Source: Candidatus Multivoradales bacterium
GTDB lineage: Bacteria; Acidobacteriota; Thermoanaerobaculia; Multivoradales; J023
Length of the DNA: 64,000 bases
NCBI GenBank assembly: GCA_965248925.1
Contig: CBDFLE010000006.1
Coordinates: 1,632,001-1,696,000 of the forward strand
Direction of reading: 5' to 3'
The translations under genes and the position numbers were made by a program. Below are positions 38,308 to 53,824 of this stretch, piece after piece. The notes beneath the pieces are model-generated. The model saw only the letters and a program-made list of their open reading frames with translations. It did no database searches and was not told where the DNA came from. Every line of letters starts with the position of its first letter. Position 1 is the stretch's first letter.

Positions 38308-39534
38308 CTAGACCTCTAGCAGGATACGAGTGGGATCTTCGATGCGCTCTTTGACCCGCACCAAAAAGGTCACCGCCTCACGGCCGTCGACCAGTCGGTG
38401 GTCGTAGGTCAGAGCAAGATACATCATCGGCCGGATCACCACCTCGCCGTTCAAGGCGATCGGTCGATCTTCGATCTTGTGCAAACCCAAGATGCCACTC
38501 TGTGGCGGATTGACGATCGGCGTGGAAAGTAAGGAACCGTAGATGCCGCCGTTGGAGATGGTGAAGGTACCGCCTTGCAGCTCTTCAAGCTTGAGCCGAT
38601 TGGCCCGCGCCCGCTGAGCCAGCTCGCCAATGGTCTGCTCGACCTCGGCAAAGCTCAGCCGCTCGGCGTTGCGGATGATCGGCACCACCAGCCCTTTGCC
38701 ACCACCTACCGCGATGCCGATATCCTGGTAGTTGTGGTAGACGATCTGGTCGCCGCGCAGCTCGGCGTTGACTCCGGGAACCTCTTTCAGGGCCTCGATC
38801 GCCGCTTTGACAAAGAAGGACATGAAGCCTAGCTTGATGCCATATTTCTTGACAAAGGTGTCCTGGTATTGCTTGCGCAATGCCTTGATCGCCGTCATGT
38901 CGACTTCGTTGAAGGTGGTCAGCAGCGCCGCCTGCTGCTGGGCCTCGACCAAGCGACGAGCCACGGTGCGGCGTAGCGGGGTGAGCTTGACCACTTCTTG
39001 CTGGCGCGGGCCGGCGGGGGCCGGCTGAGCGGTGGCGATCGAGGGCGGCGCTGGAGTGGCTGCTGGGGTCGGAGTAGGCGGAGTAGGCGGAGCGCTGGCG
39101 GCGGCTCGCTGTACGTCTTCTTTCAGGATGCGACCGCCTCTGCCGGTACCTTCGACCTGGGAGGCATCGAGTCCAGCGTCGGCCAAGGCGCGTTGCGCCG
39201 CCGGGCTGACCGGCACGGTTTCAGCGGTCTTGGCAGTAGCCGGCGCGGGTGCAGCTTCAGCGGCAGCGGCAGGAGGTTTAGCGCCAGCCGGCGCGGCACC
39301 GGGCTCGAAGAGGCCCACCACGTCACCCACTTCGGCGCTCTCGCCTTCGCCCAGGATGATCTTCTGCACCACGCCAGCTTCGGGGGCCGGTAGGTCCATG
39401 TTGACTTTGTCGGTCTCGATGATCACCACTGGATCGTCCTGCGCCACCCACTGGCCGGGCTGGACGTACCACTCGCCGATCACCACTTCGGTGATCGATT
39501 CGCCAACCGTCGGAATCTTGAGTTCGATCGCCAT
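38308..39534 (-). CDS. sucB: 2-oxoglutarate dehydrogenase E2 succinyltransferase
   Basis: Lipoyl motif [39 protein letters not shown]. Confidence 0.96.
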   Translation of the reverse strand: MAIELKIPTVGESITEVVIGEWYVQPGQWVAQDDPVVIIETDKVNMDLPAPEAGVVQKIILGEGESAEVGDVVGLFEPGAAPAGAKPPAAAAEAAPAPATAKTAETVPVSPAAQRALADAGLDASQVEGTGRGGRILKEDVQRAAASAPPTPPTPTPAATPAPPSIATAQPAPAGPRQQEVVKLTPLRRTVARRLVEAQQQAALLTTFNEVDMTAIKALRKQYQDTFVKKYGIKLGFMSFFVKAAIEALKEVPGVNAELRGDQIVYHNYQDIGIAVGGGKGLVVPIIRNAERLSFAEVEQTIGELAQRARANRLKLEELQGGTFTISNGGIYGSLLSTPIVNPPQSGILGLHKIEDRPIALNGEVVIRPMMYLALTYDHRLVDGREAVTFLVRVKERIEDPTRILLEV

Positions 39535-39561
39535 GTCCCTTTCCCCTGTACCTGTCAGGCG

Positions 39562-42801
<3,240 letters not shown>

Positions 42802-42849
42802 CGTCAATTGACTCCTGAGACCTTGGGAACCAGGGCATCATCTCACGAT

Positions 42850-43641
42850 TCAGCCCTCGCAACTCACCTCTCGATAGCGGGCAGGCGGTTCGAGCGTGGC
42901 CACCGCGCCGACCAGAGGCTCGACCACGACTTGTTGCCAACGCAGCTGTTGCTGGCCGCGCCGGTCGGAGAAAACTCCCTGGCCCGGCTCGCCCCGCCAC
43001 CAGACGGCGGGCTCACCTGCCAATTCCAACGACCACCATTCGAGCGCGCCGTCGCCAGCCGGAGCAAAGCCGGCGCTCCACTTTTGGCCCTGGCGATCGC
43101 GGAAACTCAGGTGGTTGGCATTGCGGGCCAACTCACTCGCTGGGGTGGTCGGCAAGCGGCCGAGCAAGAGCATTGGCAGACTGGCTAGCGGCAGCTTGGC
43201 CACCGGCACGATCACCAGTCGGCCGGCTTCACCCGCGTGGCAGAAGGTCTTCTCGCGATGATCCACCCACAGCACCCGATCGCCGGCATCGATATCCAGA
43301 TCCCACAGCTTGCGCCCCAATCCAAAGACCGCTTGCAGGCGATACTGGGTGGGACTGGTCAAGTAGAGGGTCAGCTTGAAATCCAGATTGCCCTCCGGCC
43401 CATCGTAGTTCAGCCGGAAGAGCCGCTGGGTGGGGAAACTCTCGGCCGGCAACTGCCAAGGCTCGACGCCAGCGCCGCTGGGAACTACCACCGGCTTGCT
43501 GGCCGGGCGCAGCGATGAGGCGGTCGAGGCACAGCCGGAGCTGCCGAGCAAGAGCAGGGCCAAAGTCAGTGCAACGCCAAGTAGCGCCGGAAAAGAGGGA
43601 TGGGTCGCCGTTGAGCGACAAGGGGCGATTGGAAGAATCAT
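42850..43641 (-). CDS. Putative lipoprotein
   Basis: Hydrophobic stretch ending LLGSSGC (lipobox-like); beta-rich body. Confidence 0.6.
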   Translation of the reverse strand: MILPIAPCRSTATHPSFPALLGVALTLALLLLGSSGCASTASSLRPASKPVVVPSGAGVEPWQLPAESFPTQRLFRLNYDGPEGNLDFKLTLYLTSPTQYRLQAVFGLGRKLWDLDIDAGDRVLWVDHREKTFCHAGEAGRLVIVPVAKLPLASLPMLLLGRLPTTPASELARNANHLSFRDRQGQKWSAGFAPAGDGALEWWSLELAGEPAVWWRGEPGQGVFSDRRGQQQLRWQQVVVEPLVGAVATLEPPARYREVSCEG

Positions 43642-43711
43642 CGAAAATGCCCGCCGCCAACCCCGGACTCAAAGGCCCCGTGCGGCGTTGGCAGTTTAGC
43701 AGATCGCCGCC

Positions 43712-46024
43712 CTACTGCCGACCAAAGGCGATCGGCGCCGCCAGCGCTTGGTCGGGGATGGCGAAGGCGTCGACCAGGCCCAGGGCGTGGGGGCGGAGCT
43801 CGCCACAGAGCTTGTTGACCTGGGCCCGGATCGCCTTTGCCTTCACCCCTTCGAAATAGCCGGTCTCGAGAAAATAGCCGCGGTCGGCTTCGAGACGTGA
43901 CAGGGCGTAGAGATCGGCCAGGCGTTCGAGCACCGGTCGCAACTCCTCGTCTTCGATCGGCGCGATGGCAGCGGCGAATTGCTCGATGACCAAGCTCTCG
44001 ACATGGGCATGAGCGGTCGCTAGAGCATGGTCTTGGCACTCGATCAGGGCTTGGGAGGTCGCCATACCGGCGTCGATGCGCTTCTTCAGCCGCTTGGCCA
44101 AGCCTTGCAGCAGATGGCGCTCGCGCCAGGTGAAGGCGGCGAGGTGAAACTCGCGGTCGCGCAAGTGCTCTTCCGCGGCGCGCCGCACCACCGCCGGGTT
44201 GAGTTCGGCCAGCTGAGTCATCGCGGCGCTGGCGACATAGCGCACCAGGCCAGCTAGATTCATGTTGTTGAACTGGCGTTTGAAACCACTCAGCAGACTC
44301 TTGACCACCAGCTGCAAGAGCACGGTGTTGTCGCCCTCGAAGGTGGTGAAGATATCGGCATCGGCCTTCAACGCGGCGAAGCGGTTTTCCGCCAGGTAGC
44401 CCTTACCGCCACAGGCCTCGCGGCAAGCCTGAATGGTGTCGGTGGCATGCCGTGTAGCCAGCGCCTTGAGCCCAGCGGCCAGGGTCTCGATCTGACGCCC
44501 GTCCTCGCCGGAGTCGGCGCTGAAGCGAGCAGCGAGATGTTCGAGGGCAAAGTGCAGGGCGTAGCCCTCGGCCAAACGTGGCAGCAAGCGCCGCTGGTGG
44601 CTGAGGTAGTCGAGCAGGCGGATCTCGGGCTCGCCCGGCGGGCCGAACTGGCGCCGCTGGGCGGCGTAACGCAGAGCGATGGTCAGCGCCGACTTGGCGG
44701 CCGACAACCCAGCCTTGGCCACCGAAACGCGGCCAGCGACCAAGGTACCTAACATGGTGAAGAAACGCTTCGAAGGACTTGCAATGGGGCTTGTATAACC
44801 GCCCTTGGCATCGATCTGGGCGAAGCGATCGAGCAAGTTCTGCCGCGGCACTCGGACCTGGTCGAAACTCAGACGACCGTTGTCAACGCCGTTCAAGCCA
44901 AGTTTTTCGCCGCAATCCTCGATTTTGACGCCGGCCGCCGGAGTGCCATCGGGCTCGCGAATCGGCACCAGCACGGCATGCACGCCATAGGATTCGCCGT
45001 CGATCTCGAGTTGAGCGAAAACAGTCGCCAACCGCCCGTGGGCGGCGGCGTTGCCGATGTAGTCTTTGCTCGCCGACCGACTCGGCGTATGCACCACCAA
45101 TTCGCCGCTGGCGTGATCGAAGGTCAGGGTGGTCTCGATATCGTAAACATTCGAACCATGGCCGGTCTCGGTCATGGCGAAGCAGCCCGGCAGTTCGAGC
45201 CGACCGATGGCGCCGAGGTAGCGCCGGTGATGGGTTTCACTACCAAGGTTGAGAATACTGCCGCCGAAAAGGCCGAATTGCACCCCGAACTTGATCAACA
45301 TGCTGAGATCGCCGTGACCCAGGGCCTCGAACACCGCCACGCTGGCGCCGCGATCCGCCTCGCCACCACAGGACACCGGGTAGCTCAATGAACCCAAGCC
45401 GCGGTCAGCGAGTACCTTGCACCAATCGAGCACCTGCTCACGATACTCACGCTTGCCCAGACCGTAGCGATAGGCGAAGGCCGGCTCGGCGAGCACCGCC
45501 CGCACCCGCTGCTTGAGCTGATGGTGGGCACCATCTAGCAGGCGGGTCAGCACAGCTGTTTCGAAAGCCGGCGGCGGCTCGGCGGCGGCCTCGGGTCGCT
45601 GCCAGAAAACCAACTGCCGCGCGGCTTCACCGCTGGCAATGCCCAAGGCTCCGGCGAGTTCGACCAAGGCCTGGCGCTCAGTGGCGGCGATGTCGCGCCC
45701 CTTTGAGCGGGCCAGCGCCAGCCCCAGGCTCGACAGATCGAGGCGCTCCGGCAGCTCCAGGCTGCGCGCCCCACGGCGAATGATGGTCAGCATCCGCCGC
45801 AGGTCGAGGGCGGTGGGCGGCCGGCGGGTATCGAGCCAGCGGCCGAGCGCCGCGTGACAGCCGCCGTCGGGTTCCTCGCCCGAGGTGAACCGTTGGCAGA
45901 TATCGTCGATCTCGGCCTCGTCGAGTTCACCGTCCGCCCAGGCAACATAGAGCATCGGCAAATAGGGCAGTAGCTGGGGATCGTCGAGGGGCAGCTCCAC
46001 GGCCACCTTCTGGTTCTCGGTCAT
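43712..46024 (-). CDS. Acyl-CoA oxidase/dehydrogenase with a TerB-like N-terminal extension
   Basis: GCFAMTETGHGSNV, GLNGVDNGRL, CREACGGKGY, TFEGDNTVL; N-terminal PMLYVAWADGELDEAEI. Confidence 0.88.
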   Translation of the reverse strand: MTENQKVAVELPLDDPQLLPYLPMLYVAWADGELDEAEIDDICQRFTSGEEPDGGCHAALGRWLDTRRPPTALDLRRMLTIIRRGARSLELPERLDLSSLGLALARSKGRDIAATERQALVELAGALGIASGEAARQLVFWQRPEAAAEPPPAFETAVLTRLLDGAHHQLKQRVRAVLAEPAFAYRYGLGKREYREQVLDWCKVLADRGLGSLSYPVSCGGEADRGASVAVFEALGHGDLSMLIKFGVQFGLFGGSILNLGSETHHRRYLGAIGRLELPGCFAMTETGHGSNVYDIETTLTFDHASGELVVHTPSRSASKDYIGNAAAHGRLATVFAQLEIDGESYGVHAVLVPIREPDGTPAAGVKIEDCGEKLGLNGVDNGRLSFDQVRVPRQNLLDRFAQIDAKGGYTSPIASPSKRFFTMLGTLVAGRVSVAKAGLSAAKSALTIALRYAAQRRQFGPPGEPEIRLLDYLSHQRRLLPRLAEGYALHFALEHLAARFSADSGEDGRQIETLAAGLKALATRHATDTIQACREACGGKGYLAENRFAALKADADIFTTFEGDNTVLLQLVVKSLLSGFKRQFNNMNLAGLVRYVASAAMTQLAELNPAVVRRAAEEHLRDREFHLAAFTWRERHLLQGLAKRLKKRIDAGMATSQALIECQDHALATAHAHVESLVIEQFAAAIAPIEDEELRPVLERLADLYALSRLEADRGYFLETGYFEGVKAKAIRAQVNKLCGELRPHALGLVDAFAIPDQALAAPIAFGRQ

Positions 46025-46153
46025 CGGCTCACCTCCGGGGTCAGAGCGACGGAGTTAGAAATTTCAGCAGTAGCTTCTAGACTAGCAAGATCACCAAGGA
46101 TTGCGCTGGGCCGACTTGACAGCCGCCCGGAGCAAGTATAAAACTCTCCCACC

Positions 46154-46327
46154 ATGGTCGCCGACCCCACATCTTCACCCCTGAGTTCCGCCTACCCTGC
46201 GGCAGCCGCTGCGCCGTGCCACCGCGGCCAGCCAGAGAAGCAGATGTGGATGGGTATGTGCAGCTGCGCTTGTATGCGCAGGCAAGATGCCGGACGGTGG
46301 ACTCCTGAGGAGTCGGGCAAGAGTTAA
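46154..46327 (+). CDS. Putative Met/Cys-rich attenuator leader peptide (57 aa; 27 aa if started at 46244)
   Basis: MVADPTSSPLSSAYPAAAAAPCHRGQPEKQMWMGMCSCACMRRQDAGRWTPEESGKS*; TTGACA at 46116 with an AT-rich -10 about 17 bp downstream. Confidence 0.6.
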   Translation: MVADPTSSPLSSAYPAAAAAPCHRGQPEKQMWMGMCSCACMRRQDAGRWTPEESGKS

Positions 46328-48795
<2,468 letters not shown>

Positions 48796-48805
48796 AGAGG
48801 GTGCC

Positions 48806-50206
48806 ATGCAGATTCTCAAATTCGGTGGCAGCTCGCTAGCCAACGCCGAGCGCCAGCTGCGAGCCGCCGAGATCGTCCAGCGGGCCGCCGCCAAGGAGCC
48901 CACCTGGGTGGTGGTCTCGGCCCTGGCCGGGGTCACCGACCAGTTGGTGCGGGCTTTCGAGCGCTCCGCGGTCGGTGATCGCGCAGCCTTGGCGGTGGCT
49001 CCCCAACTCGCCCGCCAACACTTCGCATGCTTGGCGCAGATGCCTCCGGGAGATGCCCGCGACCGCGCCAGACGGAGCTTGGTGGTACAACTCGATCGGC
49101 TGCAAAGCCGCCTGGCCAGTGTTCGCGGGACCGCTGGCCACCGACGGGCCGCCAGCCGCCGAGCCGGGATCCTCGCCACCGGCGAACGGTTGGCGGTAGC
49201 GCTGATGATCGCTCACCTCGCTTCCCTGGGTGTCGACTCCAGAAGCGCCGCAGACGGCAGCCTGATGGCCACCGACAGCAGCTCCGACCACAGCTCCGAT
49301 GATGCCCGCGTTCGCCGGCTTGAGAGCCGAGTCCGGGCGCGCGCCTGGCTCAGCCAGCAGCCACCCCAGGCGGCGACCGTGGTGCCTGGCTTCATTGGCC
49401 GCGATAGGGACAACCGGACCACCAACTTGGGCCGCAACGGCTCGGATCTGACCGCGACCCACCTGGCCGACGCCCTCGACGCACGGCAGGTACAGATCTG
49501 GAGCGATGTCGACGGGGTGCTCAGCGGCGACCCGCGGCGGATCGACAGCCCGCAGACCCTGGAGCACCTGAGCTTCGCCGAAGCCACTCTCCTGGCCCGT
49601 TTCGGTGCGCGCGTGCTGCACCCCCGCGCCCTATCCCCGGTAATGCCATCGCCTGCCCGACCGCGAGGCATTCCAGTGGAGATCCGCAACACGCTGCGAC
49701 CGCAAGGGCCCTACACTCGGATCGACACCGCGCCGCCCACCCGGCCCGGCGACCACCCCTTGGCCCGAGCCATCAGCGGCCACCGCAAAGTCCAGCGACT
49801 GCGCCTTGAGCGACCGGAGGCGGAACTAGAGGCTTGGCTGAAGGGACTCGACCCACCACCCCTGCGATGCTGCCCGGGCCAGGCTCCGAGTCTCGAACTG
49901 TGGCTGACGGCAAGCCAAGCCAGGGAACTCACCAGCATCCAGCCGCGGCTGGCCGGCCAGCTGGACGACGATCTCACCGCCATCGCTCTAGCCGGGGTGG
50001 AGGGTGATCAAGAGCTAACAGAACGCCTCGCCCGACAGACTGCTGAAGCGGTTGGCGGGCGCCCCTTGGCGATCGCTTGCGGACCGATCGCGGGTAGTTT
50101 CTTGCTGCTGGTGGCCGGCGTCGAATTCGCTCCGTTGCTGAGCGCCTTGCATCAACGGTTGGTCGGTTCTCGGCTGGCTACGAACTCAGTGGCGGTAGCT
50201 AGCTGA
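48806..50206 (+). CDS. Aspartate kinase (divergent regulatory domain)
   Basis: ILKFGGSSL, VVVSALAGVTD, LGRNGSDLTA, IWSDVDGVLSGDPR, FGARVLHP. Confidence 0.88.
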   Translation: MQILKFGGSSLANAERQLRAAEIVQRAAAKEPTWVVVSALAGVTDQLVRAFERSAVGDRAALAVAPQLARQHFACLAQMPPGDARDRARRSLVVQLDRLQSRLASVRGTAGHRRAASRRAGILATGERLAVALMIAHLASLGVDSRSAADGSLMATDSSSDHSSDDARVRRLESRVRARAWLSQQPPQAATVVPGFIGRDRDNRTTNLGRNGSDLTATHLADALDARQVQIWSDVDGVLSGDPRRIDSPQTLEHLSFAEATLLARFGARVLHPRALSPVMPSPARPRGIPVEIRNTLRPQGPYTRIDTAPPTRPGDHPLARAISGHRKVQRLRLERPEAELEAWLKGLDPPPLRCCPGQAPSLELWLTASQARELTSIQPRLAGQLDDDLTAIALAGVEGDQELTERLARQTAEAVGGRPLAIACGPIAGSFLLLVAGVEFAPLLSALHQRLVGSRLATNSVAVAS

Positions 50207-50281
50207 GCAGCGGGATTGCCCAGCATCCGCGTCGGCAGCCTGTCACGGGTTCCGCGCTACACTGAACCCGCGGAAGCAAAT

Positions 50282-50512
50282 ATGCGAAATCTCACTCTCA
50301 CCATCGAAGACGACATTCTGCACCAGGCTCGCAAGCTCGCTCGCGATCAGAATACGACCGTCAACCAGCTAGTACGTCGATTCTTGAGCCAGCTGATCGC
50401 CAAAGCAGACAAGAAGCGGCTGGCCCGACAGCGGCTGCGGCGAATGATGAGCGAGAAACCGCTCGTCGTGGGTGAGAAGACCTGGACCCGTGAAGAACTC
50501 TATGAGCGCTGA
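50282..50512 (+). CDS. Ribbon-helix-helix antitoxin (DUF6364-like)
   Basis: MRNLTLTIEDDILHQARKLA...TVNQLVRRFL...WTREELYER. Confidence 0.85.
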   Translation: MRNLTLTIEDDILHQARKLARDQNTTVNQLVRRFLSQLIAKADKKRLARQRLRRMMSEKPLVVGEKTWTREELYER

Positions 50513-50927
50513 GGCCCCGGCCTTCGTCGACACCAATGTGCTGGTCTACGCCTGCGGTGGCGAAGATCCCAAGCAAGCGGTCGGCGCCAAGCTTTTGGCT
50601 CATTTGATCGATACCGATCGGCTGCGGCTCAGCACCCAGGTTTTTCAGGAGTTCTACGTTACGGTGACGCGGAAGATCAAACGTCCGCTGAGCCCCCGCC
50701 AGGCACTAGATATCATGGACGATCTGTCGATCTGGCCAGTCGTCCGCCCCGACTACCCGCTGATTCGCCAAGCCGTATCGACTTCCAACGACAGCCAGAT
50801 ATCCTTCTGGGACGCACTGCTGATCGCCGCCGCGAGTTAGTCAGGCGCAAAGACCCTTTACACCGAAGATCTCAATCATGGTCAGACGATCCTCGGGGTC
50901 AAGATCGTCAATCCGTTTGGCAACTGA
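50502..50927 (+). pseudogene. PIN-domain toxin with an in-frame TAG at 50838
   Basis: FVDTNVLVYA...SFWDALLIAAAS*SGAKTLYTEDLNHGQ...VNPF continues in frame after the stop. Confidence 0.85.
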
Positions 50928-50976
50928 GCTTGTCTTCGATCGTGCGATACAAATCATTGGAAATACGAGCCTTCTT

Positions 50977-51003
50977 GTAGGGGCGCATGCCATGCGCCCC
51001 TAC
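50977..51003. repeat. GTAG-family REP-like palindrome
   Basis: GTAGGGGCGCATGCCATGCGCCCCTAC. Confidence 0.7.
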
Positions 51004-51077
51004 ACAATCCTCGAGGCTACGATTTCGCCAGCGGGACGAGTTCGTCGCGTCAAGCCGCCCGCTGCCGAACACAGCGA

Positions 51078-51227
51078 CTAAAACAGCGTGTAGATGAACG
51101 GCGCGATCGCCGAGCCCTGGGTCAACACCAGCAGCAAGCCGAGCAGCAGCAGCATTCCCACAATCGGTCCGAGCCACCACTTTTTGCGGACTCTGAGAAA
51201 CTGCCAGAACTGTTTTAGGAACTCCAT
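51078..51227 (-). CDS. DUF5989/SxtK-like small membrane protein
   Basis: MEFLKQFWQFLRVRKKWWLGPIV...QGSAIAPFIYTLF; below the ORF-track length cutoff. Confidence 0.88.
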   Translation of the reverse strand: MEFLKQFWQFLRVRKKWWLGPIVGMLLLLGLLLVLTQGSAIAPFIYTLF

Positions 51228-51275
51228 TGCGCCATCTCCAACGGCCGCTTGCAGCGGCCTTCTCGGGGTGAGGGT

Positions 51276-51713
51276 CTAGAAGAACTTTTCAAAGCGCGAG
51301 CGGTCTTTGATCAGGTATTCCTTGTCGATCCAGTAGGTCGCCGCTTGGCGGTTGAGCTTGCGGTGCAGGGCGTCGCGACCGATCAATTTGAAGACCAACC
51401 CCACCGGCGTGATCACCAGGAAGAAGAAGATCGTCAGGATCACCCGAGACATGAAGAAACCCATCACCACCGCGAACCCCATCCACCCCCAGTAGAAGGG
51501 TCGCAGCAGCTTAGGCGCCACCATCGCCAAGACCACCAGCAGGGCGCCTAGCCCCACTAGCAGCGGTTGTAGGTGGATCTCTTCGCCGCGTCGCCATTGC
51601 ATCACCACGATCACCGCGGCGATCGCCAGCAGCACGCCACCGACGGTCCAACCGGTCTTGCGAAAATCGCTGACGGTGGGATTTAGCTCATTGATTTCGG
51701 CTCGGATCGACAT
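51276..51713 (-). CDS. SxtJ-family membrane protein
   Basis: PKLLRPFYWGWM...LTIFFFLVITPVGLVFKLIGRDAL...TYWI. Confidence 0.85.
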   Translation of the reverse strand: MSIRAEINELNPTVSDFRKTGWTVGGVLLAIAAVIVVMQWRRGEEIHLQPLLVGLGALLVVLAMVAPKLLRPFYWGWMGFAVVMGFFMSRVILTIFFFLVITPVGLVFKLIGRDALHRKLNRQAATYWIDKEYLIKDRSRFEKFF

Positions 51714-51734
51714 CTTTGCTTTCTCGCTAGGCGG

Positions 51735-53552
51735 TCAATCGAGCTGGAACTCGTCGCGCCAGTCGCCTTCTTCGTTCCACTCCGGCTGCTCTTGCTTGGC
51801 CAGCAGGTAGGGGCCGACCACCAGGTAGTCCATGTTGGTGCGCATGAAGCAGGTGTAGGCGTCCGCCGGCTGGCAGACGATCGGCTCGCCGCGAACGTTG
51901 AACGAGGTGTTGATGATCACCGGGCAGCCGGTGAGTTTTTTGAAGTGGCGAATCACCTGGTAGTACATCGGGTTGTCGTCGGGATGTACGCTCTGCACCC
52001 GCGCCGAGTAGTCGACGTGGGTGATCGCTGGCACGGTAGAACGCGGCACGTTGAGCTTGTCGATGCCGAAGAGCTGCGACTCTTTGTCATCGGTCAAGGT
52101 GTGGTGCTCTGCCCTCACTTGAGCCACCAACAACATGTAGGGGCTCTCGCGATCAAGGTCGAACCACTCGCCAATATCGTCCACCAAGACGGTCGGGGCG
52201 AAGGGGCGGAACGACTCACGGAACTTGATCTTCAAGTTCATCGTGGTCTGCATCTCGGAGGAGCGCGCGTCGCCGATGATGCTGCGCCCGCCGAGGGCCC
52301 GCGGGCCGAATTCCATGCGTCCTTGGAACCAACCGACCACTTTCTCCGCCGCGATCAGCTCGGCAACTCGCTCGGGGATCGCGTCGAGACCGACTTTCTC
52401 GAAGTGGGCGCCGAAGCGCGAGAGTGTGTGCTCGATATGCTGATCGTCGAAACTTGGTCCAAGGTAAGAACCTCGCTGGCTGCCACGCGGCTGCGCCGTG
52501 CGTGGCTGATCGAGATACTCGTGCCACACCGCCAACGCCGCACCGAGGGCACCCCCCGCGTCGCCGGCCGCCGGCTGAATCCAGATGTCGTCGAACGGTC
52601 CCTCGCGCAGCAGCTTGCCGTTGGCAACACAGTTGAGGGCCACGCCGCCGGCCATCACCAGGTTTTTCTGGCCGGTCTCGCGATGGACATGTCGCCCCAT
52701 GCGCATCACCGCTTCCTCTGTGACTACTTGCACTGAGCGCGCCAGGTCCATTTGCTTCTGGGTCAACTCCGTCTCGGGCTGCCGTGGTGGGCCACCGAAC
52801 AAGTCGTGGAACTTGCCGTTGGTCATCCGCAAGCCGGCGCAGTAGTCGAAGTAGCTTTGATCGAGACGGAACGAGCCGTCTTCCTTGAGGTCCACCACAT
52901 GGTCGAGGATCAGGTCGACGTATTTGGGCTCGCCATAGGGCGCCAACCCCATCACCTTGTACTCGCCGGAGTTGACCCGGAAGCCGGTGTAGTAGGTGAA
53001 GGCCGAGTAGAGCAGGCCCAAGGAGTGGGGGAAGTGCAGCTCCTTCCAGATCTTCAATCGATGATCTTTGCCCACCCCCCAACTGGTGGTGGCCCACTCC
53101 CCAACTCCGTCGATGGTCAAGAAAGCGGCTTGCTGAAAGGGCGACGGATAGAAGGCCGAGGCAGCATGCGACTCGTGATGCTCAGGGAAGAGTAGCTTGC
53201 CGTCAAAACCAGCGAGGGATTTGCGAATCAGGTCGGGAATGAACAGCTTCTTCTTGATCCACAGCGGTATCGCCTTCAGAAACGACGACAAACCCCGCGG
53301 CGCCGAGGCAATGTAGGTCTCGAGGATGCGCTCAAATTTAAGGAAAGGCTTGTCGTAGAAGGTCACGTAGTCGAGGTCGGAGTGGCTTAGACCGGCCTCT
53401 TCGAGGCAGTAGGCGATCGCCCGGCGCGGGAACTCGGAGTCCTGCTTGATGCGCGAGAAACGCTCCTCAGAGGCCGCGGCAACGATCTCGCCATCGCGCA
53501 CTAAACAGGCGGCGGCGTCGTGGTAGTAGCAGGAGATGCCGAGGATATTCAA
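51735..53552 (-). CDS. Carbamoyltransferase (NodU/CmcH/SxtI family)
   Basis: ILGISCYYHDAAA, EERFSRIK, EHHESHAASAF, GGVALNCVAN, EFGPRALGGRS, NTSFNVRGEPIV. Confidence 0.94.
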   Translation of the reverse strand: MNILGISCYYHDAAACLVRDGEIVAAASEERFSRIKQDSEFPRRAIAYCLEEAGLSHSDLDYVTFYDKPFLKFERILETYIASAPRGLSSFLKAIPLWIKKKLFIPDLIRKSLAGFDGKLLFPEHHESHAASAFYPSPFQQAAFLTIDGVGEWATTSWGVGKDHRLKIWKELHFPHSLGLLYSAFTYYTGFRVNSGEYKVMGLAPYGEPKYVDLILDHVVDLKEDGSFRLDQSYFDYCAGLRMTNGKFHDLFGGPPRQPETELTQKQMDLARSVQVVTEEAVMRMGRHVHRETGQKNLVMAGGVALNCVANGKLLREGPFDDIWIQPAAGDAGGALGAALAVWHEYLDQPRTAQPRGSQRGSYLGPSFDDQHIEHTLSRFGAHFEKVGLDAIPERVAELIAAEKVVGWFQGRMEFGPRALGGRSIIGDARSSEMQTTMNLKIKFRESFRPFAPTVLVDDIGEWFDLDRESPYMLLVAQVRAEHHTLTDDKESQLFGIDKLNVPRSTVPAITHVDYSARVQSVHPDDNPMYYQVIRHFKKLTGCPVIINTSFNVRGEPIVCQPADAYTCFMRTNMDYLVVGPYLLAKQEQPEWNEEGDWRDEFQLD

Positions 53553-53717
53553 AAGTCTGGACCTGAGCTGTCGCGGGCCGGCTAGAGAGCTGAACTGTTG
53601 GGGTTCCGACGGATCGATGCCTGCTTGAACATTGGCCTGAAGCCGCCGCAAGTTCTACCACAAGACGCTCAGCGTGTCGATTCTAGCCCAGCCGGCAGAG
53701 GCCGGCAGCCCCGCACT

Positions 53718-53784
53718 GGGTCACAGCGGGTCACAGCGGGTCACAGCGGGTCACAGCGAGGCACAGCGGGTCACAGCGAGGCAC
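53718..53784. repeat. 10-bp tandem repeat GGGTCACAGC/GAGGCACAGC, about 6.7 copies
   Basis: Read directly; lies upstream of the carbamoyltransferase. Confidence 0.9.
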
Positions 53785-53824
53785 GCGAGCCGGACAGCAT
53801 CTGGCTCCCGGCCCCGCTCACCGC

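Noticed and set aside
51078-53552. Saxitoxin biosynthesis cluster
   Set aside because: Only sxtI/J/K-like genes; no sxtA, sxtG or other core genes
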